43,476 bases of DNA. Source: Klebsormidium nitens. Lineage: Eukaryota; Plantae; Klebsormidiophyceae. Location: NCBI GenBank assembly GCA_000708835.1, contig DF237657.1:1-43476 (forward strand), written 5' to 3'. Position 1 is the first letter of the stretch. Each line of letters begins with the position of its first letter. A program made the translations under genes and the position numbers. Shown one piece after another: positions 1-10,468 of the stretch. Under the pieces are notes generated by a model. That model did no database searches, was not told where the DNA came from, and was given only the letters and a program-made list of their open reading frames with translations.

Positions 1-56
1 CATGACCGAATGAATGAAATGACCCGTTGCCAAAATAATGTTTGACAAAAACAACA

Positions 57-1349
57 ATGAACGGGGCTGGGCCTAGCAACCGTCCTGCCAAGCGTCAGAA
101 AACAGGTGATGACTACATCAATCGGCTCGTCGGCCGTGTGAACAAGGAGGAGGGTATGGATGTCGAGTGGGGCAAGTCTCGCTACCACGTCCCGCACCAG
201 TGGGTGTACAACTTCAAGCACACCAAGGATCCCAAGGGTGGTAGCCGCAGACAGGCGAAGATGTGGCCGCACGACACGCCTGAAGGAGAGGATTACAGGA
301 AGCTGGTGCCTATCACGACCCCAGACAAGCTGCGAGACTATATGAGCCTTGCAAGGCGCAACAAACGGCCAGAGGCAGACAGTTACGATGCGTACCTTGC
401 ACGGATAGCAGGCGCCTCTCGTTCCGCGAAACCCGTGCAGAACAAGGGGAACCGAGCTCAAAGTGCCCCCCGCTTTTCGAACCCCGTGCAGAACAGGGGT
501 AACCGAGCTCGAACCAGCTCAGCGAACAACGCCGCGTTAGCTTTGCCTGCGGCTTGGCGGAATGGCAATAACCGTGACAAGAAGCCAAATTCTCAGAACA
601 ACAAATGGGCAAGGCTTCATGTCGCAAACAACACTCGGTCAATGCACAGCAGCCACAACGGTACAAACAATGAGGAGGAAGAGGAGTGTGCAATCTGCGG
701 GGAGCCAGGCACCCTCCTGATCTGCGATCTTTGTGAGCGCGGCTTTCACCTGACGTGCCTCGATCCCCCACTCACCAGCGTTCCTGAAGGTGATTAGTAC
801 TGCCCAGATTGCGAGAAGGAGGGCTCAAATGCGGGGATCCCACCAAGGTCAGTAAACAATTCGCAATCGAATGCGAGTTGGATCGATCCTGATGAAGGGG
901 AGTTCAACAAGCGGAAGCTAGTGAGTGAGGTCAACCAAGCTCTCATGAACGAGAACAAGACGGGGCTCCCCCATGACTTTCAAGCAGTACAAGATGGGCT
1001 TCGCAAAGAGAGACAAGCCGAGATCGACCAACTCCGAAACGAGTTTAGGTCCACCCCTAACGTGAAGAAGAAGCGCACCATCCTTGCCAGGCTGCGGCCA
1101 CTAGGGGACAATATCGAAAACTTGCTTCGAGATCCCAGCCTGACCAACAACAACCGCGCCATGTTCACCCCAAACAAGGGTCTGATAGTGCAGAGGGGTC
1201 GCGATCGTGTGCTGTCTTGGCTGGATGCTCCGGCCAATTCCAGGCCAATGCAGAGCCAGCGGCGGATAACACCCACACCAATCCCAAGACCGAACCAGGC
1301 AAACAATCAAACCAACAGGAAAGGCAAACGGAGAATCAATAACATCTAA
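57..1349 (+). pseudogene. PHD-finger protein interrupted by an in-frame TAG at 795-797
   Basis: CAICGEPGTLLICDLCERGFHLTCLDPPLTSVPEGD*YCPDC is a canonical PHD finger with TAG at the conserved Trp; the frame continues without stops into ORF 921-1349. Confidence 0.85.
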
Positions 1350-1389
1350 GTCTCCACGTGCCTCTCGAATGTAGCTTTCTCCTGTGAAC

Positions 1390-1992
1390 ATGGCGCTCAC
1401 AGGACAATGCAACATTGGCACAATAATGGCAGCTAAAGACATGGAGGCCGAAGCTCTTGCAACCTTGAGAGAGAGCCTGCAGCTGAACACCGAGTTGAAG
1501 AAACGGTTCGACAGGTTGGGCGAGTTTGCAGACCGTGTTGAGCATCTTCGTACTGCAAAGCTTGTCAACAATGGCCAGATCATTGCGCTGAAAGAGCAGC
1601 TTGCGCATTTTGAGAGCCGTCCCGAGAGCCTTCCCGTGCGAGTGCCTCGCATTGTACCAGTGCCTCGCATGGTGCACGCGGCCCCTACGAATGAGTGGCA
1701 TCATTTAGCACAGATCCTGGACGACACTCACAACTCCCAGAAGGTTGCTGTTGTGGGGCGCTCGCGCGCTGAGGTCCTTGCTCAGCTAGAGTCTCGGCTC
1801 GGTAAGGCGAAAGCAGCAGTGCTTGCAAAGAGGCTGAGGGTGTACAAGAAGCTGAGCAAGGGGCCCCATTCAAAGGTGGTAGTGTTGACCAGGGGAGCAC
1901 AGACTCCTAGATCCGTAAAACGCCTGCTCAGAGAGCGTCAGATCACACAGCCAGCATTTGTGTTGCATCGTGGGACCATTTCAAAGGTTTGA
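1390..1992 (+). CDS. Hypothetical protein with N-terminal coiled coil and basic C-terminus
   Basis: 200-aa ORF from the ATG at 1390; no recognised family. Confidence 0.6.
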   Translation: MALTGQCNIGTIMAAKDMEAEALATLRESLQLNTELKKRFDRLGEFADRVEHLRTAKLVNNGQIIALKEQLAHFESRPESLPVRVPRIVPVPRMVHAAPTNEWHHLAQILDDTHNSQKVAVVGRSRAEVLAQLESRLGKAKAAVLAKRLRVYKKLSKGPHSKVVVLTRGAQTPRSVKRLLRERQITQPAFVLHRGTISKV

Positions 1993-2000
1993 ATCTTGAC

Positions 2001-2252
2001 TTAGGCTGTGTGCCACAGAAGATGTGGATTCTGAACCTCGGCATTGTCCCCGGTGGCCGCCTGATCGCCCCCCTTGGAATCTGCGTCAGCTGTGGTGGAA
2101 GCATCAGGGGTCGAAGCTACCGCTGGGGTTGCAGGAGCCGTAAGGGTTGCGGTCTTTTCGGAACCGTCATCCTTGAACGTCTTGTCAGCTCCGGCAGTGG
2201 TGGTGGTAGTGGGAGACTTGGTCTGGTCCGTGCTCTTTGTTGTTTTTGTCAT
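2001..2252 (-). CDS. Small Thr/Ala-rich low-complexity protein
   Basis: MTKTTKSTDQTKSPTTTTTAGADK..., 83 aa, with AT-rich sequence upstream of the ATG. Confidence 0.4.
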   Translation of the reverse strand: MTKTTKSTDQTKSPTTTTTAGADKTFKDDGSEKTATLTAPATPAVASTPDASTTADADSKGGDQAATGDNAEVQNPHLLWHTA

Positions 2253-2396
2253 TTGATTGCGGTACTCTCTTGTGAGATAATATTTCGTGCCTACACACAT
2301 GCATGTGGAAGTCTGCACGGAGGGACCGTGCGGTCTGAGTGCCATGGTCACGTGCCGTACCTATACGTCCAGCACTTCGCCAACTCCCCTCTAGCC

Positions 2397-2545
2397 CGCG
2401 GCCGCGGGTCGTAGGGCGCGCGGTAACGTGCTTAAAACAAGTTTCCGCGCGCGAACGCGTTCAGTACGCGTGCCACGGGTGTCAGAGCGCGCTTTGATAG
2501 GCCGCGGCGCGCAAGGCTTGACGAACACTCTTAATGCGCGCGCAG
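2397..2545. promoter_or_regulatory. CGCG-dense non-coding island
   Basis: About 14 CGCG tetramers in about 150 bp, including ACGCGT at 2455 and 2466; function unknown. Confidence 0.4.
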
Positions 2546-2609
2546 ACTAATCGACACGTCAGGAGTCCTGTGCACTTTACCGGCTTTGCCGGAACTTTGG
2601 TGAGCATCA

Positions 2610-2936
2610 CTACCCAAAGGTGCTTTCTTCGCAGAGAGTTACGTTGAGCACACTCCTGTCCTCTTCTTCAAAGAGCTCCCCGAACGTCTTGGAATTCTTG
2701 GGTAACAGATCACCAATCAGTACAAAACAACCATTCTTTCTGCTGGAGGTGCTGAGGAAGCCTTTCTTGCCTAGGAGGGCCATGAAGCATGCGACTGTGG
2801 TACGCTTTGGAATCATGAGCTTCTTTCCATCTTCTTTCAGGCACTTTCCATGCACGATAGCTGGAACATGATCTGGGTACAAGACCAGCAGCTGGCCAAG
2901 ACCTTGTTTGTGACAGTCCTTGGAAGGTTGCATCAT
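2610..2936 (-). CDS. ATG8: ATG8-like ubiquitin-fold autophagy protein ending in an exposed Gly
   Basis: YPDHVPAIV ... KKLMIPKRTTV ... LNVTLCEESTFG* aligns with ATG8 YPDRIPVIV ... KKYLVPSDLTV ... LYITYSGENTFG. Confidence 0.85.
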   Translation of the reverse strand: MMQPSKDCHKQGLGQLLVLYPDHVPAIVHGKCLKEDGKKLMIPKRTTVACFMALLGKKGFLSTSSRKNGCFVLIGDLLPKNSKTFGELFEEEDRSVLNVTLCEESTFG

Positions 2937-3001
2937 GGTGTGTTTGTGTTTGTTTACCCAGATAATATGACTCTCAAGTAGGTGTCTTCTGAACCATAGT
3001 G

Positions 3002-3549
3002 CTGGGTATGGCCTTACATACATACATATCGCCAATTGGAAACCAAAGGGAAAAGTCTGTACTANNNNNNNNNNNNNNNNNNNNNNNNNNNNNNNNNNNN
3101 NNNNNNNNNNNNNNNNNNNNNNNNNNNNNNNNNNNNNNNNNNNNNNNNNNNNNNNNNNNNNNNNNNNNNNNNNNNNNNNNNNNNNNNNNNNNNNNNNNNN
3201 NNNNNNNNNNNNNNNNNNNNNNNNNNNNNNNNNNNNNNNNNNNNNNNNNNNNNNNNNNNNNNNNNNNNNNNNNNNNNNNNNNNNNNNNNNNNNNNNNNNN
3301 NNNNNNNNNNNNNNNNNNNNNNNNNNNNNNNNNNNNNNNNNNNNNNNNNNNNNNNNNNNNNNNNNNNNNNNNNNNNNNNNNNNNNNNNNNNNNNNAATTG
3401 GAAACCAAAGGGAAAACTCTGTACTCCTAATCTGTTATAATTCCTTCCCTGGAGAAGAAAAAAAATATAACAGATTCTAGTATGAGAGTCTTGGTTCCCC
3501 CGGACCTTTGGCGATATGTATGTATGCAAGACCCTGGTGGAAAATGAAA
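3002..3549 (+). repeat. Repeat element copy 1: 117-bp tandem-unit family with inward-facing CATACATACATATC terminal motifs; contains an assembly gap
   Basis: Homologous, in inverted orientation, to 39260-39682; GGCCTTACATACATACATATCGCC near the left end mirrors GGCGATATGTATGTATGCAAGACC near the right end. Confidence 0.85.
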
Positions 3550-3603
3550 AGGAGCCCGCAAGCTCTGCCCTTGGTGCCCGGTTTCTTTCGCCCTAAGCTC
3601 CTG

Positions 3604-3951
3604 TCATCTGCTCTTTCCTGTCAGCACTGCAACGTCGTCCTCCCGTTTGCAGCGCTTGCAGCGCACCCCCCGTTTGCGGCCTGGCAGGTTGAAGATAGGG
3701 TAGCTCGAGGCACCACACTCACACCGCTTGCTGACAACGTTCACCATACCCTCTGTCTTGCAGATGCTGCAGCAGACCCCCTTCTTCTCGTGGGGTGGAG
3801 CGTACAGTGGGCAGGTGGACCGCCCGCACCTGCACCGCAACGACACAACATCACGCATGTCTGGCGCCTTGCACGCGCTGCAGCACACGGGTCTCTCTCC
3901 CTCTCTGGCGAAGCGGGCCATCCTAGCAGACCCGCACCTGCACCTGCCCAT
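3604..3951 (-). CDS. EsV-1-7-type cysteine-rich repeat protein (start uncertain; ORF is open to 4068)
   Basis: Three repeats of the type GVCCSICKTEGMVNVVSKRCECG / PIFNLPGRKRGVRCKRCK, typical of algal giant viruses. Confidence 0.75.
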   Translation of the reverse strand: MGRCRCGSARMARFAREGERPVCCSACKAPDMRDVVSLRCRCGRSTCPLYAPPHEKKGVCCSICKTEGMVNVVSKRCECGASSYPIFNLPGRKRGVRCKRCKREDDVAVLTGKSR

Positions 3952-4147
3952 GTCTCTTTCCAAAGGGCGTGGAAATGACAGCCCCCAACCAGCAAGTACC
4001 CCTTCGAACCAGCTGGAGCTGGCGGGTCGTGGCCTTGCAGCTCTGTCTGGCGCCAGTCCTCGCCTCATTGCGCCTCTGCTTGCCAGCCGTGAAGGTTTCT
4101 GATTGAGGGCAGCTGTGCATTGGATTGCTGGTACTCTCTTGAGAAGG

Positions 4148-5269
4148 ATGGCTCGGACCTTTGCTCTCGAAAGGCTTCCCTTTTGCGCCCCCTCCGGACA
4201 TGCGGTATGGGCTGAATGGCAAACCGGCTACTTTGACATCAACTCTGGTTGCAGCGGGGCGGACGGGTCGAAGCACCTCAGCTGGAAGGCGTTCAGGAGG
4301 TTCGTTCCAGAGGAGGCGACTGCTGAGGGTCACCCGCTGTTTGAACCAGCAAGGAACGGCAAGATTGTCCTGTGCGCTCCGCAGCTCTTCCTGCGGTGGG
4401 CTCAACACGCGGGGGTGTCGGAGGAGGCAGCCTTTGCAATCAGCAAGCAACTGCTGGAAGCCCACGCCAAGCACCTGGTGGACCTTGAGCTCGCCGCCTT
4501 TTACAAGATGGACAGGTTGAACTGGCTGCGTTCCTTGACGATTGGGGCGGGTGACATCTCCCACTATGAGGCCATGAGCAATTGGACAAAGAACGCGAGG
4601 GCACTGGACGGAGCTGTGATGGCGTACTGCAGCATCCCAGTGAGACCACAGGCGTCAGCAGTGCCGTGGTTGCTGACAGAGCTCATCAGGCCGGACACGC
4701 GCGAAGCCTTTGCGCAGCACGTTCGGGTCTCGGGCCGCCTCCTGTGGGAGGAGCTGGTAGGGGACGAGCATCACTTTCTCAACGTGAGGTGCGACGACAT
4801 GATGGCGCTTGTGTGTAGCTACTCCGGGCCCGGAGCTCTGCTCTTGCAGGCAATCTTCTTCAACGCAAAGATGCTGGAACTCAGTAGCTTCGGGCTGTAC
4901 CCCCCAGCCCCCACGAAGGCCAAGGCTGTGACACCGTTCCCAACGCAGCTGGAACTCAGCCCCCAGGGAGTCATCAGAAGCCTGCTCGATAGGGCAGACC
5001 CGTTTCCCGTCGGTTGGAGAGATGCGCTGATGGTCATTGGTGGTCAGAACGCCTCCCTGTTTCGGACTTCTTTTGCCAAGAGGGTGCGGGCCAATTGCAG
5101 CGAGGCCGAGTACAGGGAGGACAAGGACAAAGGAGATGTCTTCACCACCATCAACGGCCTCAAGAGCCTGTGCAGGTCGTGCCGGGGGGATAAGAGGAGG
5201 GCGCTCCTTGAAGTGTTCGATTCGCTCGAGAGAGCGGGTGATCTAGTACCAGCTTGTCATCCAGCGTAG
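4148..5269 (+). CDS. Putative DNA-binding protein: possible diverged KilA-N-like N-terminus and AntA/AntB-antirepressor-like C-terminal domain
   Basis: C-terminal FPVGWRDALMVIG...EY...DVFTTINGLKSLC resembles the FPVDFDDAWxWLG...DY...ILLTxDCFKxLC pattern; recognised by eye only. Confidence 0.5.
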   Translation: MARTFALERLPFCAPSGHAVWAEWQTGYFDINSGCSGADGSKHLSWKAFRRFVPEEATAEGHPLFEPARNGKIVLCAPQLFLRWAQHAGVSEEAAFAISKQLLEAHAKHLVDLELAAFYKMDRLNWLRSLTIGAGDISHYEAMSNWTKNARALDGAVMAYCSIPVRPQASAVPWLLTELIRPDTREAFAQHVRVSGRLLWEELVGDEHHFLNVRCDDMMALVCSYSGPGALLLQAIFFNAKMLELSSFGLYPPAPTKAKAVTPFPTQLELSPQGVIRSLLDRADPFPVGWRDALMVIGGQNASLFRTSFAKRVRANCSEAEYREDKDKGDVFTTINGLKSLCRSCRGDKRRALLEVFDSLERAGDLVPACHPA

Positions 5270-5428
5270 CCAACTGTCTGATCGCAGCACAGGGGTGTTG
5301 GGAACCGTTGTTGGGTTAGGGGCCAGGACATTTGATTCGCCAGAGGTCTGAATGGGTTGTAGAGACACATTGGACCCGTTGTTCTTGTTTAGCGGCTTAC
5401 CACTTACCTTTTCTGCTGTTGATGCCAT
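5243..5428 (-). CDS. Small hypothetical protein (61 aa)
   Basis: ATG-initiated ORF that fills the intergenic space; no motif. Confidence 0.3.
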   Translation of the reverse strand: MASTAEKVSGKPLNKNNGSNVSLQPIQTSGESNVLAPNPTTVPNTPVLRSDSWLRWMTSWY

Positions 5429-5510
5429 ATGCTACGTCCAAGATAATATCTCGTGACATTTGTTGACACTTAGGGCGACACATGCAGCCCGCCTATAGCA
5501 ATCTTACGAC

Positions 5511-6392
5511 ATGGAGGAAACCAAGGATGTATCTGGCAAGTGCGCGATTGCAAATGTGGCGCCTCCCCTCTTGGTGGAGCTGTTGCTCAATCACTCGGAC
5601 ATTGGAGTGCCTGCTGTGACCGCGCTTGCTTGCACGTCAACTGGATTCAGCAAAGCATTGGATGAGCTGTGGCCGTCTTTGATGACAGAGTATGCCAAGA
5701 AGTGTCGAGTACCTCTGATAACTAGGCCGCAAACTCATGAGATCCCGGCCGAGCACCTCCAGCGCAAATTCCCCCCGTTAAATCAAATTTGCATCGTGCG
5801 TGCCTCGCATAGGCTCAAAGGCGATGGATACGATCTGAGCTTTGCCTTCCAAGAGGACGTGTCCGAGTGGACGCGCCAGGAAGCATTAATGACCAGGCAC
5901 ATTGCCCGCTACATGTACTGCTTGACCACCCCAGACCTCGAACGCCTCGAAGTATACAACAGAATATTTGGTGAGAGGTGCTACCGCTTCGAAGACGTCC
6001 TAGCGGCAGGCATGCTCCGTTATGGCCGACGCCCTTATGTTGAGCGCCTCCTTCGGAGGCCGGCCCGTTTGCTTATGAAGGACGAGAAGTTTGCAATTCG
6101 CTGGGCCAAGGCTCGGCACTTGCGCCAGCAATTGGCCGTGCCGGGCATCGCTCTGGATGATGGTTCGCTCTGGGAGTACGCAAAAGAGTACACTCGAACG
6201 GATGCTGGGATGAACGAACTCAAGAGGCGCATCCACTTGCACCACTGGTTTGCAGGAGTAGTGGAGCCAGTGGGCGAGCAAGAAGAGTTACGAGTGAAGC
6301 ATCTTCAAAAGGCATACGCTTTCACGGGTGACAAAAAGCTGATCCAAGAAGCCAACAGGATCTTTGCTGATGAATTTTTGCTGGACTACTAG
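5511..6392 (+). CDS. Hypothetical protein, possible F-box-like N-terminus plus XPA-C-like motif
   Basis: PPLLVELLLNH...ALACTS at the N-terminus; IARYMYCLTTPDLERL...YRFEDVLAAGMLRYG resembles the XPA C-terminal pattern. Confidence 0.5.
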   Translation: MEETKDVSGKCAIANVAPPLLVELLLNHSDIGVPAVTALACTSTGFSKALDELWPSLMTEYAKKCRVPLITRPQTHEIPAEHLQRKFPPLNQICIVRASHRLKGDGYDLSFAFQEDVSEWTRQEALMTRHIARYMYCLTTPDLERLEVYNRIFGERCYRFEDVLAAGMLRYGRRPYVERLLRRPARLLMKDEKFAIRWAKARHLRQQLAVPGIALDDGSLWEYAKEYTRTDAGMNELKRRIHLHHWFAGVVEPVGEQEELRVKHLQKAYAFTGDKKLIQEANRIFADEFLLDY

Positions 6393-7226
6393 GGCACGTC
6401 GATCCTTGGGATCTTGAAGGGTGCCGGAGATATTGCGAGAGGGGCAGGAACGTCCGTGTCTTCGGCAGGTGGATAGGTTCTCGGGACGATGTATGTTTTG
6501 ACAAGGGCCGGAAGCGCCCCGCCTATTACTGGCCCAACAATATAGATCCAGATCTCACTCCACGCTTTGCTGTGGGCTTTTCCCGAAGCAGCAATCAAGG
6601 CACCCAAACTGCGAGCAGGATTCACGCTCGTTCCGTCGATAGGAATCAGAGCAAGATGCGCGACTGTGATGGCAGCGGCTATAGCGACAGGCACCATGAG
6701 ACCTAAAACGTGCCGCCCAACATCGTTCACGGGCAGAAGGCCCGTGACTTGGAGGACAGTGGTGACAAGAAGGGCCGTCGCAATGATCTCTGCGAGGAAT
6801 GCCTGCCACAGATGAAACCCCGGCTGCACAATGTTGACCGCCTGATTCGCTGCATACAAGTCATGGTTTGAAACTGCTCGTGCGAGTAGAGCGCCGCATG
6901 TGCAACCTACGATCTGAGCTACAATGTATACCAAACCCGTTAGTACACTGACAGACCGTTGAATGACAAAGGCAATTGTCACGCAAGGATTCAGATGCGC
7001 GCCCGATGCATTCCCGTAGGCAAAGATCAATGCGCCTATGGTCGTGCCAAACACGGTGGCTATACCAAGGGGTGCAAGTGCTGTCCCGTCAGTCGGGCTT
7101 GGCTCATAGTTCAGTGACCACACTGGTCACAATGATGAATAAGAAGAATGTCGATCCCAAGAACTCTGCACCAGCAGCATTGCACAGACGGAGCATCTTG
7201 TTCTTGTGAGCAGTCGTTGAATCCAT
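6389..7226 (-). pseudogene. PIP-like aquaporin (MIP family) with a frameshift near 7111-7116
   Basis: SGAHLNPCVT and HLALIPIDGTSVNPARSLG motifs; TM1 (AGAEFLGSTFFLFII) is encoded from the ATG at 7226 in a different frame. Confidence 0.85.
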
Positions 7227-7333
7227 GTGATGACTTTTCTCCAGAAAACAATTCTCAGAATTGATCCACCGTTTCAGATCATGTCAACCAAATACAAACA
7301 CGCGGCCAATCTACCCTGTTGCAAAAGCATTGC

Positions 7334-10254
7334 TCAGCCCTTCCTCCTATTCTTAACCCGGAATGGTTGGTCCATTACGTCTCTCAAGCTCAGGAGCGCT
7401 CCGTCTTTGCAAACAGCTTTGAACGATGTGGCCCACTTCTTCATCCTGCTCTTTGCATGATCAGCCTCGAAAGTCCCTACCGGCAAGGGTTCTCCGCGTC
7501 CGCCTGCATCAGAGGTGATTGGAACATTCACCAACAATCACTTGGACGTTCTCGACAGCTGTAGCTGAACTGTACGCCACTTTGAATCTTTCATCTGTGG
7601 TGTAAGATAGCCGATCACATCTGGCATACAGTGCTGCTAAATGCCCTAAGATACTAAAACTTACCACATGTGTCACACTGGCACTCCTCCACGTGATACT
7701 GGACACCTCCTCGTGACCCCTTTGTGTCCCTCTTGACCACGAGAGTGGCCCTGAGCTTGTTACACTCGATGGGGATCCTCCTGATGGTGACGGGGCCCCT
7801 CAACACATGTTGTGTGACCTTCCTCTTCTTGACTGTCAGTGTCTCTTCCTCAAAGACTGCAACACCCGCATCGTCGTCTCTGACAGCGCGCTTGCATCCG
7901 ACCCGCCTCACCTGCAAAATGTTTGTGTTTTAGGATTTTCAGGAATGGACAGGAGCAGGCCATGTCACATTCACATGAGTCAGGCTGCTTGAGATTGCAG
8001 AAAGAGTGAAAGTGCTCACATGTGACTGTGGAGTGGATCTTGAACTGTCTTACCTGGGAATTGTCTCCTTTCCTCAGGTCGATGAAAGGTTCATTAACGA
8101 GGGTGGAAATTCTGGTCGAACCCTCGGGCAGCTCCTGCACATCCTTTGAACCCTTCACAAGGGGCAGGACTTCTCCCTTCAAGCACGCAGTCACCTGTTC
8201 AAGCTTTTGGACTATGCCGTTGGTCTGCCTCAGGTCGTCGATGGTGACCAGAGCCTGATCACGTGCTTCTTCCACCCTGCTTAAGGAGCGCCTCGTCTCA
8301 TCGAGTTCGAGCTGAACCTGCAAACAGCCAAAATGTAGAACGTGTCACATGAATGCGACAACTCTTCCATTCAGTAGCGAAAGGCGCTTGAGAGTGCTGA
8401 CGGCGGGTCGGCAATAGGTGCAAACACACTGTGGGCTCACCTGCGTTCTCTCCTCATGTGCTCTCTGCAATTCTTGAGTCAGTTGGTTGACGACGGCCTC
8501 CCTCTCCGCATTGCCCCTCCGCAACCCCTCTTGAATAGCCTGGTTCGTCAATTCAATCCTCCATATCTTCAACTCTTCAACCTCAGCGTCACGTGCTCTC
8601 CTTGCCTCCTCCACTTGCGCATTGAGTCGTTGGATCGATGCTGAAGACTCTTCCCGTGCCCTTCTTGCATCCAACAAGGCAGCCTCGAGTTCCTGGATGG
8701 AGGACCTCAGGCCCACGACCTCCTGTGCAGAGGCTTGCCTGGCAGTGCTCGCTGCCAACAGTTCGGCCTCGAGTTCATCGATGGTTGACTTTAGGCTCAC
8801 TACTTGCTGTACAGAAGCAGCCTTGGCCCTCCTCAACTCTTTGAGCCTCAGCTGAACCTGCACCAGTCAACATGGCAGGTTGAGTCAGAATTGGTCCCGT
8901 TGTCCACACCTCTCGAAAGTTCACATGCACTGGCGACAGGAACTAGTGTATAGTATTCCAAAGGACAGAATTCACCTGTACTTGCTCCTCCTGGGCTTGA
9001 GTTAACGCTGCCTCCATTTCCTCCTTGTCCCTTTGCGCCTTGAGCACATCAGCCTCAAGCCGTTGGATTGTGGCTTCCGACTTTCCCAGCGCCAGCACAG
9101 ACGCACCCCTTGTCTCCGACACTTCAGCTTCAAGTCGCTGAATGGATGCGTTCAGACCGAGCTGAACATGCGCAGCAGAGGAGCCAGAGTGAGCTTGTGC
9201 AAGTACCTCGTGCACAAAATCCTTGCGCACAAAGTCCTTTGAGCTCTATTGGTGCACTGGTGCAAGTGGGTGCAGCAGCTTGGCTTCCCTCACCTGCATC
9301 TGCTCCAATTCCCGAGTCAGCTCTGCCTCCTTCCTTTTGTTTGCCACCTGCACCAACTCTTGGACCTGACGCAAGGAGGCATCCCGTGCACTCTTTGTTG
9401 TCTTCAGTTCAGCTTCAAGTTGCTCGATGGATGCTTGCAGTTCGAGCTGACCCTGTATGGTAGTGGAAAAGTCAAGGTGAGCTTGCATGCAGCAATTTCG
9501 AGCAGCACATTCGAAGCAAGCAACACTTAGTCCTGTGATCCAAGCGTGCGGCAAAGGCGCTTTGTAAAAGGCTCACCTTCTTGTGCTCCTCCTGTGCTGT
9601 CTCTAGTTGCTGTGTCAGTTGCTCGACAGCTGTTTCCTTCTCCGCATTGCCTCTCTGCAGGTTCTCAAGCTCCGCCTGTATCCGGTCCTTCTCTTGAACG
9701 TATTCCCTGGATAGCTTGCAACAATTCTGGGGGCAGCCTGACCACAGTGGCATAGCTGTGCTCACGAATCCTGCAATTAGATCCTGCATATGTTTGTAGG
9801 CCCGTGTTGTAGGAGACACGCTTTTGACACCCATTGTTGCAAGGGTGGTTCTGTTCTTCTTGAATGACGAAAGGAGGCTGATCAGCTGCTTGAGGATCAC
9901 CCCAGCACTTTGCTCCGCATCAAATATGCTCAGCCCTCGGTAGAACGTTGCCCCTGGGGGTGATCTCAGTAGTTGTTGATATTCTGGCGCCAGGTAATGC
10001 ACTCTGTCTTGAGCATTGTGAATGAGGTTGAAGCGGATCCTGTTGTTTGGTGCTTTTACAAGCATCTCCAGCAACGCTGCCACGGAGATGCTGTACAGAG
10101 TGCATCTTTCTTGGTTTTTCAGGAAGTCCAGGCAGGGATGCATGGCTCCGGTGTTGACAGTGAATGAATGTGACCTGATTTCCCCAACTCGGCCCTTATA
10201 AGCTCGGAAGAGCAGCTGGAAAAACATTGAGCTCTCGTTCCAGCCTTGAGCCAT
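7334..10254 (-). CDS. Seven-exon coiled-coil protein with C-terminal SAND domain (about 706 aa; start uncertain)
   Basis: Exons 10254-9577, 9452-9294, 9161-8976, 8857-8441, 8317-8054, 7911-7665 and 7503-7334; six GT-AG introns of 118-161 nt with consistent phases; the spliced end reads CQCDTCGGRGEPLPVGTFEADHAKSRMKKWATSFK. Confidence 0.8.
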
Positions 10255-10468
10255 GCTAAACGACTTGGGTGGCGAAGGCGGTGCCCGCTGAGAGCAGTGG
10301 GACTTGGTAATGACTGAAGGTGTAGTTTGACTGAAAGAGTCCACGTCATCTTTACCAAAGAGTGTCTAAAAGTGATCCACGGTCTACCGGCGGGTAATTC
10401 AATGTGACCGACGGCTCAAAGCCCAACAACTTTAGCTTTGGCTCTGCTAGATCGGACGCCTCACATCT

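Noticed and set aside
795-797. Possible TAG-to-Trp genetic code reassignment
   Set aside because: Many intact genes here end in TAG (for example 4148-5269, 5511-6392 and ATG8) and use TGG for Trp.
7504-7664. Apparent premature TGA in the SAND gene if the AG at about 7620 is used as acceptor
   Set aside because: The downstream acceptor at 7504 gives an intact SAND domain and matches the intron position in the other two SAND domains.
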